The notes under the pieces are model-generated. The model worked only from the letters and a program-made list of their open reading frames with translations, made no database searches and had not been told where the DNA came from. The translations under genes and the position numbers were made by a program. From Octopus vulgaris (Eukaryota), in NCBI GenBank assembly GCA_951406725.2, contig OX597829.1, forward strand, positions 41,230,001-41,294,000: a stretch of DNA of 64,000 nt, given 5' to 3'. Positions 1 to 13,642 of the stretch are shown piece after piece; position 1 is the first letter of the stretch, and every line of letters begins with the position of its first letter.

Positions 1-527
1 TGACTGTGTGGTAAAAACTTTGCTTCCCAACCATATGATTCCGGGTTCAGTACCACTGCGTGTCACCTTGGCCAAGTGTCTTTTACTATAGCCTTGTGAG
101 TGGATTTGGTAGACGGAAACTGAAAGGAGTCTGTCAAATATATAATATTATATATATATATAGGAGTGGCTGTGTGGTAAGTAGCTTGCTTACCAACCAT
201 ATGGTTTCGGGTTCAGTCCCACTGCGTGGCATCTTGGGCAAGTGTCTTCTATTATAGCCTCGGGCCAACCAAGGCCTTATGAGTGGATTTGGTAGACGGA
301 AACTGAAAGAAGCCCCTCGTATATATGTATGTGTTTGTCCCCCCAACATCGCTTGACAACCGATGCTGGTGTGTTTACGTCTCCGTAACTTAACGGTTCG
401 GTAAAAGAAACCGATAGAATAAGTACTTGGCTTACAAAGAATAAGTCCTGGGTCGATTTGCTTGACTAAAGGTGGTGCTCCAGCATGGCAACAGTCAGAT
501 GACTGAAACAAGTAAAAGAGTAAAAAG

Positions 528-568
<41 letters not shown>

Positions 569-1148
569 CACACACGTCTTTGTTTCTGTGTTTGTTCCTC
601 ACCACTGCTTGGAAACTGGTGTTGGTGTTTTACGTACCTGTAACTTAGCTGTTCGGCAAAAGGGATGGATAGAGAAAGTGCTAGGCTTAACAAAAAAATA
701 AGTCTTGTGGTCGATTTGTTCAACTAAAACCCTTCAAGGTGGTGCCCCAGGATGGCTGCAATCAAATGATTGAAACAAGTAAATGTTTATATATACTTAT
801 ATATGTATATATATATATATACACACACACGTGTTTATATGTAAATATAAAAACTCATATGAATATGTGTGTGTTTATATCTGTGTATGTGTGTGCCTAA
901 GCACCATTAACCTGAATTAGAAAATTTAATGATGTCAGTGACACTACGTATGCGATCAAAGGTAAATAGACCTTTTTAGATTCTGAGATCAGGAGTTCAT
1001 GTTAGGTGATATAACTTTATTGGCATTCTTTGTGACAGATTCTGTTATTTTCCTTTATCTGACTCAACTATTGTTATCTTGATTCACAAATCTGTACTTA
1101 GAAAATACCTGTTTGCTTTTCATTCAGAGTATTTAAAAAGTGAACTTA

Positions 1149-1510
1149 TCTCTATATATATAAACGGCAAAATGTCTGTGTGTGTGTCCTTTATACAAAT
1201 CCACAATTTTTCGGTTAGAGGGCTTGCACTTTCTATGGTCATTCAAAACCCTCCAAGGGTGGTTGTGCTTATCTTTACATTTCCCCAGTCACCCCGCAAA
1301 GCCATTAAAAAATCAATAGAAGTGACTTTTTCTGAATTTTCTATCCAAAACCCAATCAAAATGGCCGAAATTTCATACGCCAATTGAATGCCAGCTAGCT
1401 GTATGTGATTGGTCGGACATTTGGACAGTACTCGGTGTATGTGCACACGCACGCAGCTGTATATGGATGCACTAGCACTATGACCCAGCGTTGTCGGGTC
1501 ATAGTGCTAG
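1149..1510 (+). mobile_element. Non-autonomous Helitron-type element
   Basis: Inserted between A and T; 5'-TC; 3' hairpin ending CTAG; no TSD. Confidence 0.8.
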
Positions 1511-3329
1511 TCTCCAATAAAAATGAACCTAAAGAGAACTGATCTAGCCAACGAGTGAGCTTCCTTTATGTTTTTTTTTTTTTTCGATTTTATTTTTCCA
1601 CTGCCTTGATCTGCTAGAAACAGTTGCCATCCCTTTTTACCAAAAGAGGAATACATCATATCTGACATATAAAAAGACAAGATGATCACAACTGTTGAAT
1701 GCCTTTCATCAGAGGTCTGCTTGTGCAAGGTTGACCTGGGATTAAACACTAAGAGATCCTCTATAGCAGTCATTTGCAACTTGTAGCCTACACAACTTTC
1801 TGATTGGCCTGCCTAGCTAAAAAAATTACCTTGAATTTTTTTTGTAGTGCAGCCCACCTGATGATGAGCTGTGCCCCATGTGGCTAACTTCTCATAATAG
1901 GTTGCCTATACTTGCAGTCACTCGAGTAGAAATAGCAGTCAAATCTCTTTGAAATCTCATCATGCTGTCTTAAATAAACAAGTATACTTTGTAGTCCCTA
2001 AAACAACAGGATTCTTATGCTTTCATCATTAATCTGCTTAGTAAGGACTGACTTTTTAAGCAAAGCAAAACTGAAGCCAGTGGGAGAGTATCTGTGTATG
2101 CCAACACTTGATCTGCTAGAAATAGCAGCTACATGTCTGCACCATATTCCTTTTGGTTGTTTGCTAGGAAATGGGAACATCAGTAGAGCATTGGATAGAA
2201 TGCCATGCAGTATTTGTTCCAATACCTTGTGCTGTGAGATCAAATCTCATTGTAGTCAACTTTGTCATTGGTCTTTTCAAGGTCAATTAAAGAGTACCAA
2301 TCCAGAGCAGTGGATTAGCAGGAAGACTTGTATGCTTCAGTAATTGCTAATCTTAAAAACAAATCAAGCTGAGGTTTGTGCATATATGTGTTGATGCATG
2401 GTCAAGTTTAACCCATGATAACCTCTATATAGAAAAAGAATACCTTGATTATAGGTAGGTCTTCTGGATCAACACTAATCTGGGGCTAATATTGAATCAC
2501 TTTTTATCTGTCATTTTATTCTGTGGTTAAACATATTTTGTTATTCGTTTGCTTTTTTTTTTAATACTGAATTAAGCTACTATCCTTACATGATAAAATT
2601 TAAACCAACCATATTTCACTGAATATTCTGCCTGTTCTATGTCCAAACTGACTATATCTGACCTCTCACACATACCTACAATGTCATTCTAAAAATAAGC
2701 TATCATGTCATTGAAATCTCCAATCTATAAGATAATGCATGATTAATTCAAAACAATGTGAATAAATAAGGATTAGATTTGACAGAGTAATCTCAGTGTT
2801 AAAGGGTTAATCTTGCTCCTAAAGTAAGTACGTAAAGGTCCTCATTTTAAATTAATCCACATTTTGTCCCATTCTTTGCTTTCCACCCGCCCTTTCATTT
2901 CTTTCCTGTTGTCTTTTCATAATCATTTGTACAACCTACACAGAGGTTTTACTTCCATTAAATTCTCAAGTGACCAGAATAATCAAAACAGATTTATAGA
3001 CTTGTTAACTTATGTTTTAATAAATTGACACATATTGTCCTATATGTTGTTGTGTCGGCAAAACTCGATGCTGGAACAACTCCAAACATATGCCTACATG
3101 AGCAGGACTGATTTAGGTTAAACAACAAAAATGGATACATTGTATAATGTGGTTCTAGATACATTGTATACAATAAGATGTTTGGTCTCAGCTGCAACAC
3201 CCTTAATTATAAATTAGCTTGATCAAGGCTGACCCAACTTAAACTATGTCAAGGATGAACTTGATTCAATTTTGAGTACTAGATACACTCTATGTCAGTA
3301 ATTTTTTTTTTTTTATAAGTACATCAAAA

Positions 3330-3676
3330 TAAAAATCAAATGGAAATTGTAGTTATGATACCTGTGCCGGTGGCATGTAAAAAACCACCATCCGAATGTG
3401 GCTGATGCCAGCGCTGCCTGACTGGCATCCGTGTTGGTGACATGTAAAAAGCACCAACCAATTGTGGCCGTTTGCTGGCCTCCTCTGGCTCCTGTGCCAG
3501 TGGCACGTAAAAAGCACCCACTACACTCACGGAGTGGTTGGCGTTAGGAAAGGCATCCAGCTGTAGAAACTCTGCCAGATCAGACTGGAGCCTAGCGCAG
3601 CCTCCTGGCTTCCCAGACCCTGGTTGAACCGTCCAACCCATGCTAGCATGGAAAACGGACATTAAACGATGATGAT
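3330..3676 (+). repeat. RTE LINE 3'UTR-derived interspersed repeat (representative of more than 20 copies)
   Basis: Core ggcgttaggaagggcatccagctgtagaaac...catgctagcatggaaaacggacgttaaac(gat)n. Other + copies near 9100, 10850, 12330, 21920, 24010, 25450, 26810, 28810, 39580, 53130, 60985, 62710; - copies near 12870, 16560, 18390, 22510, 47515, 55120, 56110, 57835, 58300. Confidence 0.9.
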
Positions 3677-4251
3677 CGTAACTGGAGCATTACTGATAAC
3701 AGGTCTTCTAGTTCAGGACTGATGACTTATTACCAAAAGAAACAGTATCACCAAGAAAGATCAGATTGCATAATGTAGTCTTAGATACAGTGTCTGAACA
3801 AAATACAGGATGGTCAAGGTTGAGTAGTATTGACCATAGCCCTTTGGTATCAGAGCTTCTTGAGACTAAACAACATCAAAGAAAGATATTTAACATTAAG
3901 TATTCCTAGATACACTAAATCTAAAAGACAGAATGGTCACAGCAGAAGATACATTAGCTAATCTAACCCTGGGTAGACCATGTTTGAATTAAGACAGAAT
4001 GGCCACAGGAGAAACACCTTTGATCACAGATCTGGCTCAGAGCTAAACAGCAACTAATATATAAATTCATAGAAGAAAATATTTTAATCTTGTGTTTTGT
4101 TTTCTTATTCTTTTGCATTATTGAATCTGTATATATAATTGTTTTGTTTTCATTTTGAAATTATTTGAAAGATGCCACGTAAAAAAAAAAACATGTATTT
4201 TCATCGTTTTATACATTCAGCTTATCTCCTAATTTGTTTTCCAGGGTGTCA

Positions 4252-4278
4252 ATGAAGTTAAAGTGTCTCCAAAACTGA
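4252..4278 (+). promoter_or_regulatory. Upstream ORF (MKLKCLQN*) in the Bre1 5'UTR
   Basis: ATG at 4252 inside the exon, TGA at 4276-4278, ending 13 nt before the main ATG. Confidence 0.5.
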
Positions 4279-4291
4279 CAATCCTAACAGC

Positions 4292-4396
4292 ATGGCAACA
4301 AAACGGCCGGCAGTTGATGATCCAGGGGCCGCCGGCCCGCCAGACAAAAAGCTGACTCGTTTTGACCCTGCCCAACTGGGTAACATATCATCCCTT
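4292..4396 (+). CDS. Bre1: Bre1 coding exon 1 ([10 protein letters not shown]...LGNISSL); exon begins at 4245 with 5'UTR
   Basis: Acceptor ttgttttccag ends 4244; agcATGg Kozak context; donor GTGAGT at 4397; phase 0. The non-coding first exon and promoter were not identified. Confidence 0.9.
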
Positions 4397-7300
4397 GTGA
4401 GTATGACATTTTTTTTTTCCGCTGTCATTGTATATATGGAGTCTGATCAAAAAGTATTGGGACTGGTGCTATAAAAAGAAAACTATGACACATATCAATT
4501 CAACATTTAATCTCCTTCAAAGTAGTCCCCATTCTGAAGCCATATACTTTATCCAGTGTCGTTTCCTTTGATGGAAACATTCCTGGGACTCCTTTTTTGG
4601 GATAGATTTCCTCGACATCTTGAAATCCTGTTGAGATTTTCCAATGCAAAGACGGCCTTTGTTTTGAGGTCATAACCCTAAACCCATTGTTATGGCCGTT
4701 TTGTAAAAGTTTTCGTCTTCCTCAACACAATCAAAGAGATCCTGCCCACAGGCATATGGCATAGTGGTTAAGAGTGTGGGCTGCATCCCCAAGATTCCAA
4801 GTTCGGGCCGACCTAAGCCTTATGAGTGGATTTGGTAGACGGAAATGTGTGTATGTTTGTGTGTCTGTTTGTCCTCTCAACATCGCTTGACAACCGATGC
4901 TGGTGTGTTTACGTCCCTGTTACTTAACGGTTCGGCAAAAGGGACTGATAGAATAAGTACTGGGCTTACAAAGAATAAGTCCTGGGGTTGATTTGCTCAA
5001 CTAAAGGCAGTGCTCCAGCAAGGCCACAGTCAAATGACTGAAACAAGTAAAAGAGTAAATTTCTGTGTTTGAGAAGGGAATGAATTGTTTGGTGGTTGAT
5101 GCAATAGAGTACCCAAAGGGTACTAACAAGGGTTCAGAGATTCATATCCTGTTGTGAAATACTTATATCTAAGTTCACTGTTGTAGCTTAATTTCAGGTC
5201 AACCAGTTGGGTTAGTCTTCTAGATTTGACTGCTATTTCTGACAGGTTGAGCAACCATATAAAGGTTCCCTCACTGGTTTGCTTTGTTGTTAGTTGCTGT
5301 TATTATTTAGTTCCAGGTATTTGATGAAAGGCATTCCATATTATCTTTTCATTGAGGAATCTAACACTACCTATCTAATATTTTCTTCCTATAGGAACAT
5401 GGGGCAGTGTGATTTGAGGAAGATTTGATTGCTATTTCTAGTTGCTTGTAGTTACTGTAGGTGGTATCTTGCACTACTGCAAGCAGTTGTAGCCCTCTGG
5501 GTTTTACAGTAACCAAAATAGATTTCTTTCTCCTCTATTTCTTGATTAAGAAACATTAATTCTGTGGAATTTTATGTAGCTGAATAAAATTATATACAAA
5601 TGTGCGTCAGAAATAAAGCAAATGAAAATTGCATTATTTTCTGATTCACCCTTGTATTTTAACTCTGTATGTGAACAGAGTGCACTCTGTGAAGTGGTTG
5701 GTATTTGGAAGGGCATTTGGTTATAGAAACCTATCCGAAAATGGAATGTATGAAATGTGGTCCTCACCACATATTTAGGTGGGCAGTAACTCCAAATAAG
5801 AACTGGCTCAAATTGTGACATCTCCAGCATGGAAGCACAAGAAGTGGGCACAGAATGCGGATGATAAAAGTTGTATGTAGTTATATGTTCGTATCTTGTA
5901 TGCAGATTAAGTATTTGAAAGTTTAGTAAATAGAAAGCATAAATATTCAGTGGGATTGCCAACATAATCATATCAAAAAGAAAATATAATTGCATAAAGA
6001 TTATGGGCTACATTAACCCTTTAGCATTCAGATTATTTCGCCAAATGTGGTTCTTATTCATTCACATTGTGTTAAATTTGTCATTCATTGTTTTGTAGCT
6101 CCAAGATTTTGATCATGTGATTGTGCACTTTTAGAATGACATTGTAGGGTAGGTGTGAGAGACCAGATCTGTCTGGTTTGAACATAAAACAGGTACCATA
6201 TTTGGGCTGGATCTGGCTAGTTTAAATTCTAAGCAGTTGAACCATTCTATTAGATGATAGAGCATGAGATTCTCTTTTCTTTTTTTTTTTGAGTCCTAAG
6301 ACTTAAATGGCCAATTACCTGGTTTCCACGGCTTGTAAGTGATCTGGGATCACATTTCCTCTGAATGAGATACTAATCCATTGCAAGGTTCAATGCCAGT
6401 AATATTCAGGGGAAAGGGGCAAGTCAATTAAATTGACCCTAGTACTGACTGGACTATTTTATTGACCTTGAAGGGATGAAAACAAAGTTGACCTTGAAGT
6501 GGATTTGAACTCACAATATAAAGAGCTGCTGCTAAGCAGATACAGTAATAATTGGTAAAATCTGATCTCAGATTTTACCAATTATTACTATATCTTCCTT
6601 GTTCCTTCTTTTCTGCAGATCCCTTCCATTTAATTCACATTTACCTCATTGTGTGTTGTTTCTTAAGGAGGTGTAGTGTATTTTTGTGTATTAATGGTTA
6701 GTAAGGAATGTAGTTTGTTCCTTCTCGAGCCATGCCTGGCTCATAAGGGCTGGTTTCCCGGTTTCTTGGCGTATAGGTTCCCCACCTGGACGGGACGCCA
6801 GTCCGTCGCAGGTGAGCTGCAAGATGCAGGAGGAAAGAGTGAGAGAAAGTTGTGGCGAAAGAGTCAGCAGAAGTTCGCCATTACCTTCTAATGGAACTTA
6901 GGTGTTTCGCTCATAAACACACACATACCGCCCGGTCTGAGATTCGAACCCACGATCCTTCGACCGCGAGTCCGCTGCTCTAACCATGTGCCTCCGCAAG
7001 GAATATAGTCAAAAGCATGGAGGTATTAAGTGCATACTTAGCTGTTCAATACATAAAAGATGAAGATTGATGTTGATTGTATGATTGCAGGCAATGCTAG
7101 GATACCTCTTTGAAGAGTTATATCAACATTCTGTACATATATTCACACAGAATGAATGCAATTTTGTATCTTTGTGTGATGCAATATTTTATCAGCAATC
7201 CTTTGCTGTTATAGATAGAGATACACATGCCACACTCACCTATCATCATTGTCATCGTTATTATCATTTAATGTCTCTTTCTATGTGTTGGCATAGGCTG

Positions 7301-10300
7301 GACAGTTTAACCCTTTCGTTACCGTATTTATTTTGAGGTGCTCTGTAGTACTTTCAATTATTTTAAATATAACAATGAATTTAGTAAAATAACTTAGTTA
7401 TCATTAAGCTAGTGTTAGGAACATAAATTGCGACTAAGGTTTGGTGGCAGATTTTAATTCAGAACTTTTGAAATCAAGACATTTGTACTACAGAGTCAGA
7501 GGCGGTTTCAGCCAGGTTGGTATCGAAAGGGTTAATAGGAACTGGCATGCCAAGCTGTGATGTTTGCTTTTGCAAGGTTTCTATTGTTGGTTGTGCTTGC
7601 TTCCTAACACCAACCACTTTACAGAGTGGACTGGTTGCTTTTTTTATGTGGTACTAGCACTGGTGAGGTCACTCGATCTCCTCAACTGAATGGGGTGTAG
7701 TATTGAGAGATGTGAATGTATGATCAAGGGACAAGAAACAGGTGTGTTGTTGAAGAAGATGATACACAGCCTCCCTATCTGGAAAGAGAGAGAGATGTGA
7801 GGTTGAGGCTAAAGTGACAGAGAGAGAAATAGGTTTGGGAAACAGAAAAGGTTGGTTTGTAGGTAAGTGCATTGGAGCGGCGAGCTGGCAGAACTGTTAG
7901 CACGCCGGGCGAAATGCTTAGTGGTATTTCGTCTGCCGCTACATTCTGAGTTCAAATTCCGCCAAGGTTGACTTTGCCTTTCATCCTTTCGGGGTCGATA
8001 AATTAAGTACCAGTTACGCACCGGGGTCGATATAATTGACTTAATCCTTTTGTCTGTCCTTGTTTGTCCTCCCTGTGTTTAGCCCCTTGTGGGTAGTAAA
8101 GAAATAGGTAAGTGCATTGGAGTGTAAATAGTGTGATAGATAGTGTAGTTAGGAAGTTTACTTCCCAACTATGTGGTTTCGAATCCAGTCTTACTCTGTG
8201 ACATGGCAACTTGGGTGTCTTCTGCTATAGCCCCAGGTTGAACAAAGCCCTCTGAGTAGATCTGGTAGACAGAAAATGAAAGAAATCCATCATGATATAT
8301 GTATTTGGATGTGTGTGTGTGTGTGTTTTAGTTTCCTTGTCTTGGCAACACTCAGTATTTGTAAACGTGTATCACTGCTGTACAAGCAGTCTCTTTCCTT
8401 TCCAGTCTTCCATAAAAACATGTCCAGCTGTCAGCAAATATTACCTTCCTTGGAAACAGGTGAGGTTTGGTGACAAGAACGGCATCCGGCCATAGAAAAT
8501 TTGCCTTAATAAATTTTTTGTGATCCATACAAGCATGGATGCTAAAATGATGATGGAAATGATAATAGTTTTAATGGGATCCTGCACTGTTTCATGTAGT
8601 GGGATTGAGCCTGCAACCTCATGGTTGTGAAGCATACTTCTTCACCACACAGTTATATCGGGGCACAGTGAAACTGTGTAGACTCCCTTTTACTATTTCA
8701 TTTATCTAGAGTGTGTAGATTTCTGGTAAGGTGTATATCAGTTACAACACCTATATCTGACAATTTATTATTCATTAAACCAATACACTGTTTAATGAAA
8801 GCAAATATACCTGTGTGATGGACATTGTCTTAAAACTCTTGTCAGCTAAGATTGTATCTTTGGATTCACTTGTGTCACATTCTTGGAAGTATCGTTTACT
8901 TTCTGCTCTTCATGCCTTCCTAATTTTGGTTAAAACAGATTAAGTTTATGTGTGTGTGAGTGCACCTGCTGAGGTACCCATGTATTTCTTCTACAGCAAG
9001 ACACCTGTTTGTGTCCCTCTTTCCCTGTTTTGTTGCTTTTCACTTTGTACAAAGCCACCTCCCTCAACACTGCAGCCCCACTCAGTGATTGCAAGCTATT
9101 TGGTGACTCCACTAGTGCTGGTGCCACAAAAAGGCATTGAGTACACTCTGTAAAGTGGTTGGTGTTAGGAAGGACACTCAGCCATAGAAACCCTGCCTGA
9201 GCAGACACTGGAGACCAACTCAACTCACAGGCTAGTTGAATCTTGTCAGACCATCCAGCTGATACCAGCATGGGGCACATATGACAAATGATGATGATAT
9301 TACAAATGAGAGGATGAGAGATGTCATCCATTTTGCCCAACCTATGTACATTTAGGTATAAAGTTAATAATTAAAATTGATAATTTTTTTTTTTCCCCTT
9401 TTACAGGAAGAGCTCGATGTCAAGGTCCTTGTCTTTCAAAACAAGAAGCTCTGTGAACGTATCGAGCAGAGGCGTCTTGCCGAAGATGATCTTCAGCGGC
9501 GTGTTGAGCAGCTGGAGGATAGGCAACGCCATGATGATGCAATGCTGATGATTGTGAACCGTTATTGGAATCAGGTTAGTAAAGATTTTCGTGGTTGTTA
9601 TTGTTAAATATATTATATTTCTGGTTATATCAAATTCTGCAGGTGGTCACTTACATACAAAACAGTTCCTCATCTACCAAAAAGACTACATATATACATG
9701 TGAAAACAGTTCTTTGTGTTCAAAGGTCATGGAGAAGAGCAGCAAGCCCTCATAACACAATATATATATATATATTGTGTTATGAAGTTGTGGTATATAT
9801 TGTGTTATAAAGCCATGTGGTTTTCAGGTTCCATTCCTCTGTTCCAGGGGTTACCAAACTTTTTTTTTTCACGACGGGCTAGATAACCGAGAGAATGATG
9901 AGTGCAGGCCACATAACCATTTTGTTCAATACAATATGGTAAATAAACGAAAAATAAAGACAACCAACATATTTATTTACCAAAAAGTTATCAAAGTTAT
10001 CAAGTTATAGGCACAGGAGTGGCTGTGTGGTAAGTAGCTTGCTAACCAACCACATGGTTCCGGGTTCAGTCTCACTGCGTGGCATCTTGCGCAAGTGTCT
10101 TCTGCTATATCCCCGGGCCGACCAATGCCTTGTGAGTGGATTTGGTAGACGGAAACTGAAAGAAGCCTGTCGTATATATGTATGTTTGTGTGTCTGTGTT
10201 TGTTCCCCTAGCATTGCTTGACAACTGATGCTGGTGTGTTTACGTCCCCGTCACTTAGCGGTTCGGAAAAAAGAGACCGATAGAATAAGTACTGGGCTTA

Positions 10301-13208
10301 CAAAGAATAAGTCCCAGGTTGATTTGCTCGACTAAAAGGCAGTGCTCCAGCATGGCTGCAGTCAAATGACTTAAACAAGTAAAAGAGTAAAGAGTATATC
10401 CAAATCGTACAAACTAAGCAGCAAAAAAGGTTAGTGAGATTTGTGAAACTGGTGTTTAGTTTTTAAGGTATCATCAATATTTGCTTTGGAATTGCTGCAT
10501 CCAACCAAGAGAATTGCTTCCAAATGTTCAATAGTCAACCTTATTCAATGTGTTGACTTCAAATTCTTCATTTTTGAAAATGTTTGCTCACAGACATAAG
10601 TTGTTTCAAACACTGATGCCATACCAGAGGTAAATGAACTTTCATTATAGGTACTTTACACGAAAGGTATAGTGCGGCAGTGGGCCAGATGAACTGACCT
10701 TGCAGTTCTACTCTATTCCTTTGCATGGAACCTTGGGCAAATGTCAGACCAATGCTTTTTAAATTAAATTGGTTGATTTGAAAGTGCACAGAAGTCTGTT
10801 GTAAATATATGCATGGATTCTAGTGTCATGTAAAAAAAAAAAACTGGTGATGGTGCCATGTAAAACGCACTCAGTCCACTCTAAAATGGTTGGCGTTATG
10901 AAGGGCATCCAGCAGTAGAAACCACACCAAACCAGGCTATGGAGCCTAATGTGGCTCCCAAGCTTATCACCTCCTGTCAAACTGTCCAAACCATGCCGGC
11001 ATAGAAAACTGATTTGAAATTATTATAATGATGATGTGTATGCTTGAATTTTATTTTTACAAATAATATACAAGAAGACACTTGTCCAAAGTGCCACATC
11101 ATTGAACTGAACCTGGTATCATGCGGTTGGGAAGCAAGTTTCTTACCACACAGCCACATTTCTTCCTGCATGTGTGCATCTATTTTTGTAGAGAGGCAAG
11201 AATAGAACTGTGGAATGGCATGTTCAAAGATATGTCTCTGTAGTTACTTGAATTTGAAACTTATATCTTAGGTTTCATGCACTGATCCTTTTATTATTAT
11301 TATGATGATGATGACGATGACGACATCTACTATAGGCACAAGTCCCGAAATTTAGGGGAAGGGGTCTAGTCAAATACATAGACCCCAGTGTATAACTGGT
11401 ACTTAATTTATCAACCCCAAAAGGATGGAAAGCAAAGTCAACCCACAGGAATTTGAACTCAGAATGTAAAGATAGATGAAATGTCGTGAAACATTTTGCC
11501 TGGCATGCTAATGATTCTGCCAGTTCACTGCCTTATATAATATAATATAGTAATAATAACTGCAATTACAAATCGCATTTAAAGACAACTGCAATATCAG
11601 TCTGATAATTACAATTACCTCTAATTGATGCTCTTCACCTTCTCTATTATACATTTTTTTTTTCTTATTCTATTTTCAGCTTGATGAAGATGTCCGTGTT
11701 CTGTTGCAACGGTTTGATGCAGAGACGGCTGATGATTCTGAAGGTTAGTTTACTGTTTTGATCATTGATCAGTATATCTTTATTTGAAAATTCAGCTGTA
11801 ACATGACCGTAGCTGTTATGGTTTAAACGACATAAAGAATTAGAAAAAAAAAACAAAATTAAGTTAAACATTTCTATCTCTCTATATATAAACGGCAAAA
11901 TGTCTGTCTGTGTGTGTGTCCTTTATACAAATCCACAATTTTTCAGTTAGAGGGCTCGCACTTTCTATGGCCATTCAAAACCGTCCAAGGGTGGTCGTGC
12001 ACATCTTTACATTTCCCCAATCACCCCGCAAAGCCTTTAAAAAATCAATAGAAGTGACTTTTTTGTGAATTTTCTATCCAAAACCCAATCAAAATGCCCA
12101 AAACTTGATATGCCAATTGAATGCCAGCTAGCTGTATGTAATTGGTTGGAGATTTGGACTGTACTTGCATGTATGTGCGCATGCACTAGCACTATGACCC
12201 AACGTTGCCGGGTCATAGTGCTAGTTAGTGCTAAAGCTTGTTTTCTCATACCCTTATTCCACACTAACATACAGAAGCAGTATCTTCCTTCCATAGGTTT
12301 GTTGACCTGTGAGCTATATAGTGACCTCAATAGTGCCAGCGGGACAAAAACAGGCACCCAGTCCACTCTGTAAAAGTGTTCGCTTCAGGAAGTGCATCCA
12401 GCTATAAAAAAACATGTCAAAGCTGACCTCACCAATGCTTGTACCATGTGAAAAACATCCATTCCACTTTGTAAAATGGTTCATGTTAGAAAGGCATTCA
12501 GCCTTAAAAACCATACCGAAGCAGACAACAGAGCCTGATGCAGTTCTCTGACCTACCAACTCTTGTCAAGCACTCCAAACCATGCCACCATAGAAGACAG
12601 ACATTAAATGATGATGATGATGATATATATAAAATAGAGATGTGTGTGTGTTTGCTTTTCACATGAAAATGGCTTCACCAATTACTTCCATACTTGTGAT
12701 GTATGAGTAAATTGACCTCGGACATATAATAGGGTCTTCATTTGATTTTTTTTTTTTTAAATAAAAAATATTGCTTTATGTTTATGATTAACTTCTTTAA
12801 AAAGGTTTCCCAATGTCAACTTCTGGTGTTGACATAAAAACGGAAAGGTCTCTCACTCTCTATTTTGATGTTCATCATCATCATCATCGTTTAACGTCCG
12901 CTTTCCATGCTAGCGTGGGTTGGACGATTTTGACTGAGGGCTGGCGAACCAGATGGCTGCACCAGGCTCCAATCTTGATCTGGCACAGTTCCTACAGCTG
13001 GAACTCTGAGAGTGTAGTGGGTGCTTTTTTTACGTGCCACTGGCACGGGGGCCAGTCGCTATTTCTAGAACAACTCCGAGAAATTTCTGAAAGAAATATT
13101 TACGAAGTTCACAAATTTAAATATTCAGTACAAGATAGTTTTTAACATGCTTTTATTTATACGATTTTTTTTTCATTCTTTGTTTATCTCATTCATTGTT
13201 TGCAATGT

Positions 13209-13249
<41 letters not shown>

Positions 13250-13583
13250 GACACATGCATGCACGCACACACACACACTCCAGGTTTGATTTTATTCTGA
13301 ACTCACACGCTTCGTTAATTTCCGTAAAAAATCTTCTATTTATTTTCTTTTTGCACGCCGTGTTCAGTTCTATGCATTTGTAATCAGTCACACACGCACA
13401 CGTGTGTTTTTGTATGTGCGTTTGTCTACATTTATGTATGTGAGTGAAGGGGTGTGTTGTCATGTATACGGACATGCATAAATACACATGCATACATCTT
13501 TTTTCTATGTATGTATGTGTGTGTGTGTGTGTGAGAGAAAGAGAGTGATGTCTAAGTGGCACTCACTCTCTCTCATATATATA

Positions 13584-13642
<59 letters not shown>

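Noticed and set aside
1-4244. Bre1 promoter or first non-coding exon
   Set aside because: No CpG-rich or otherwise distinctive segment; the region is repeat-filled and probably intronic.
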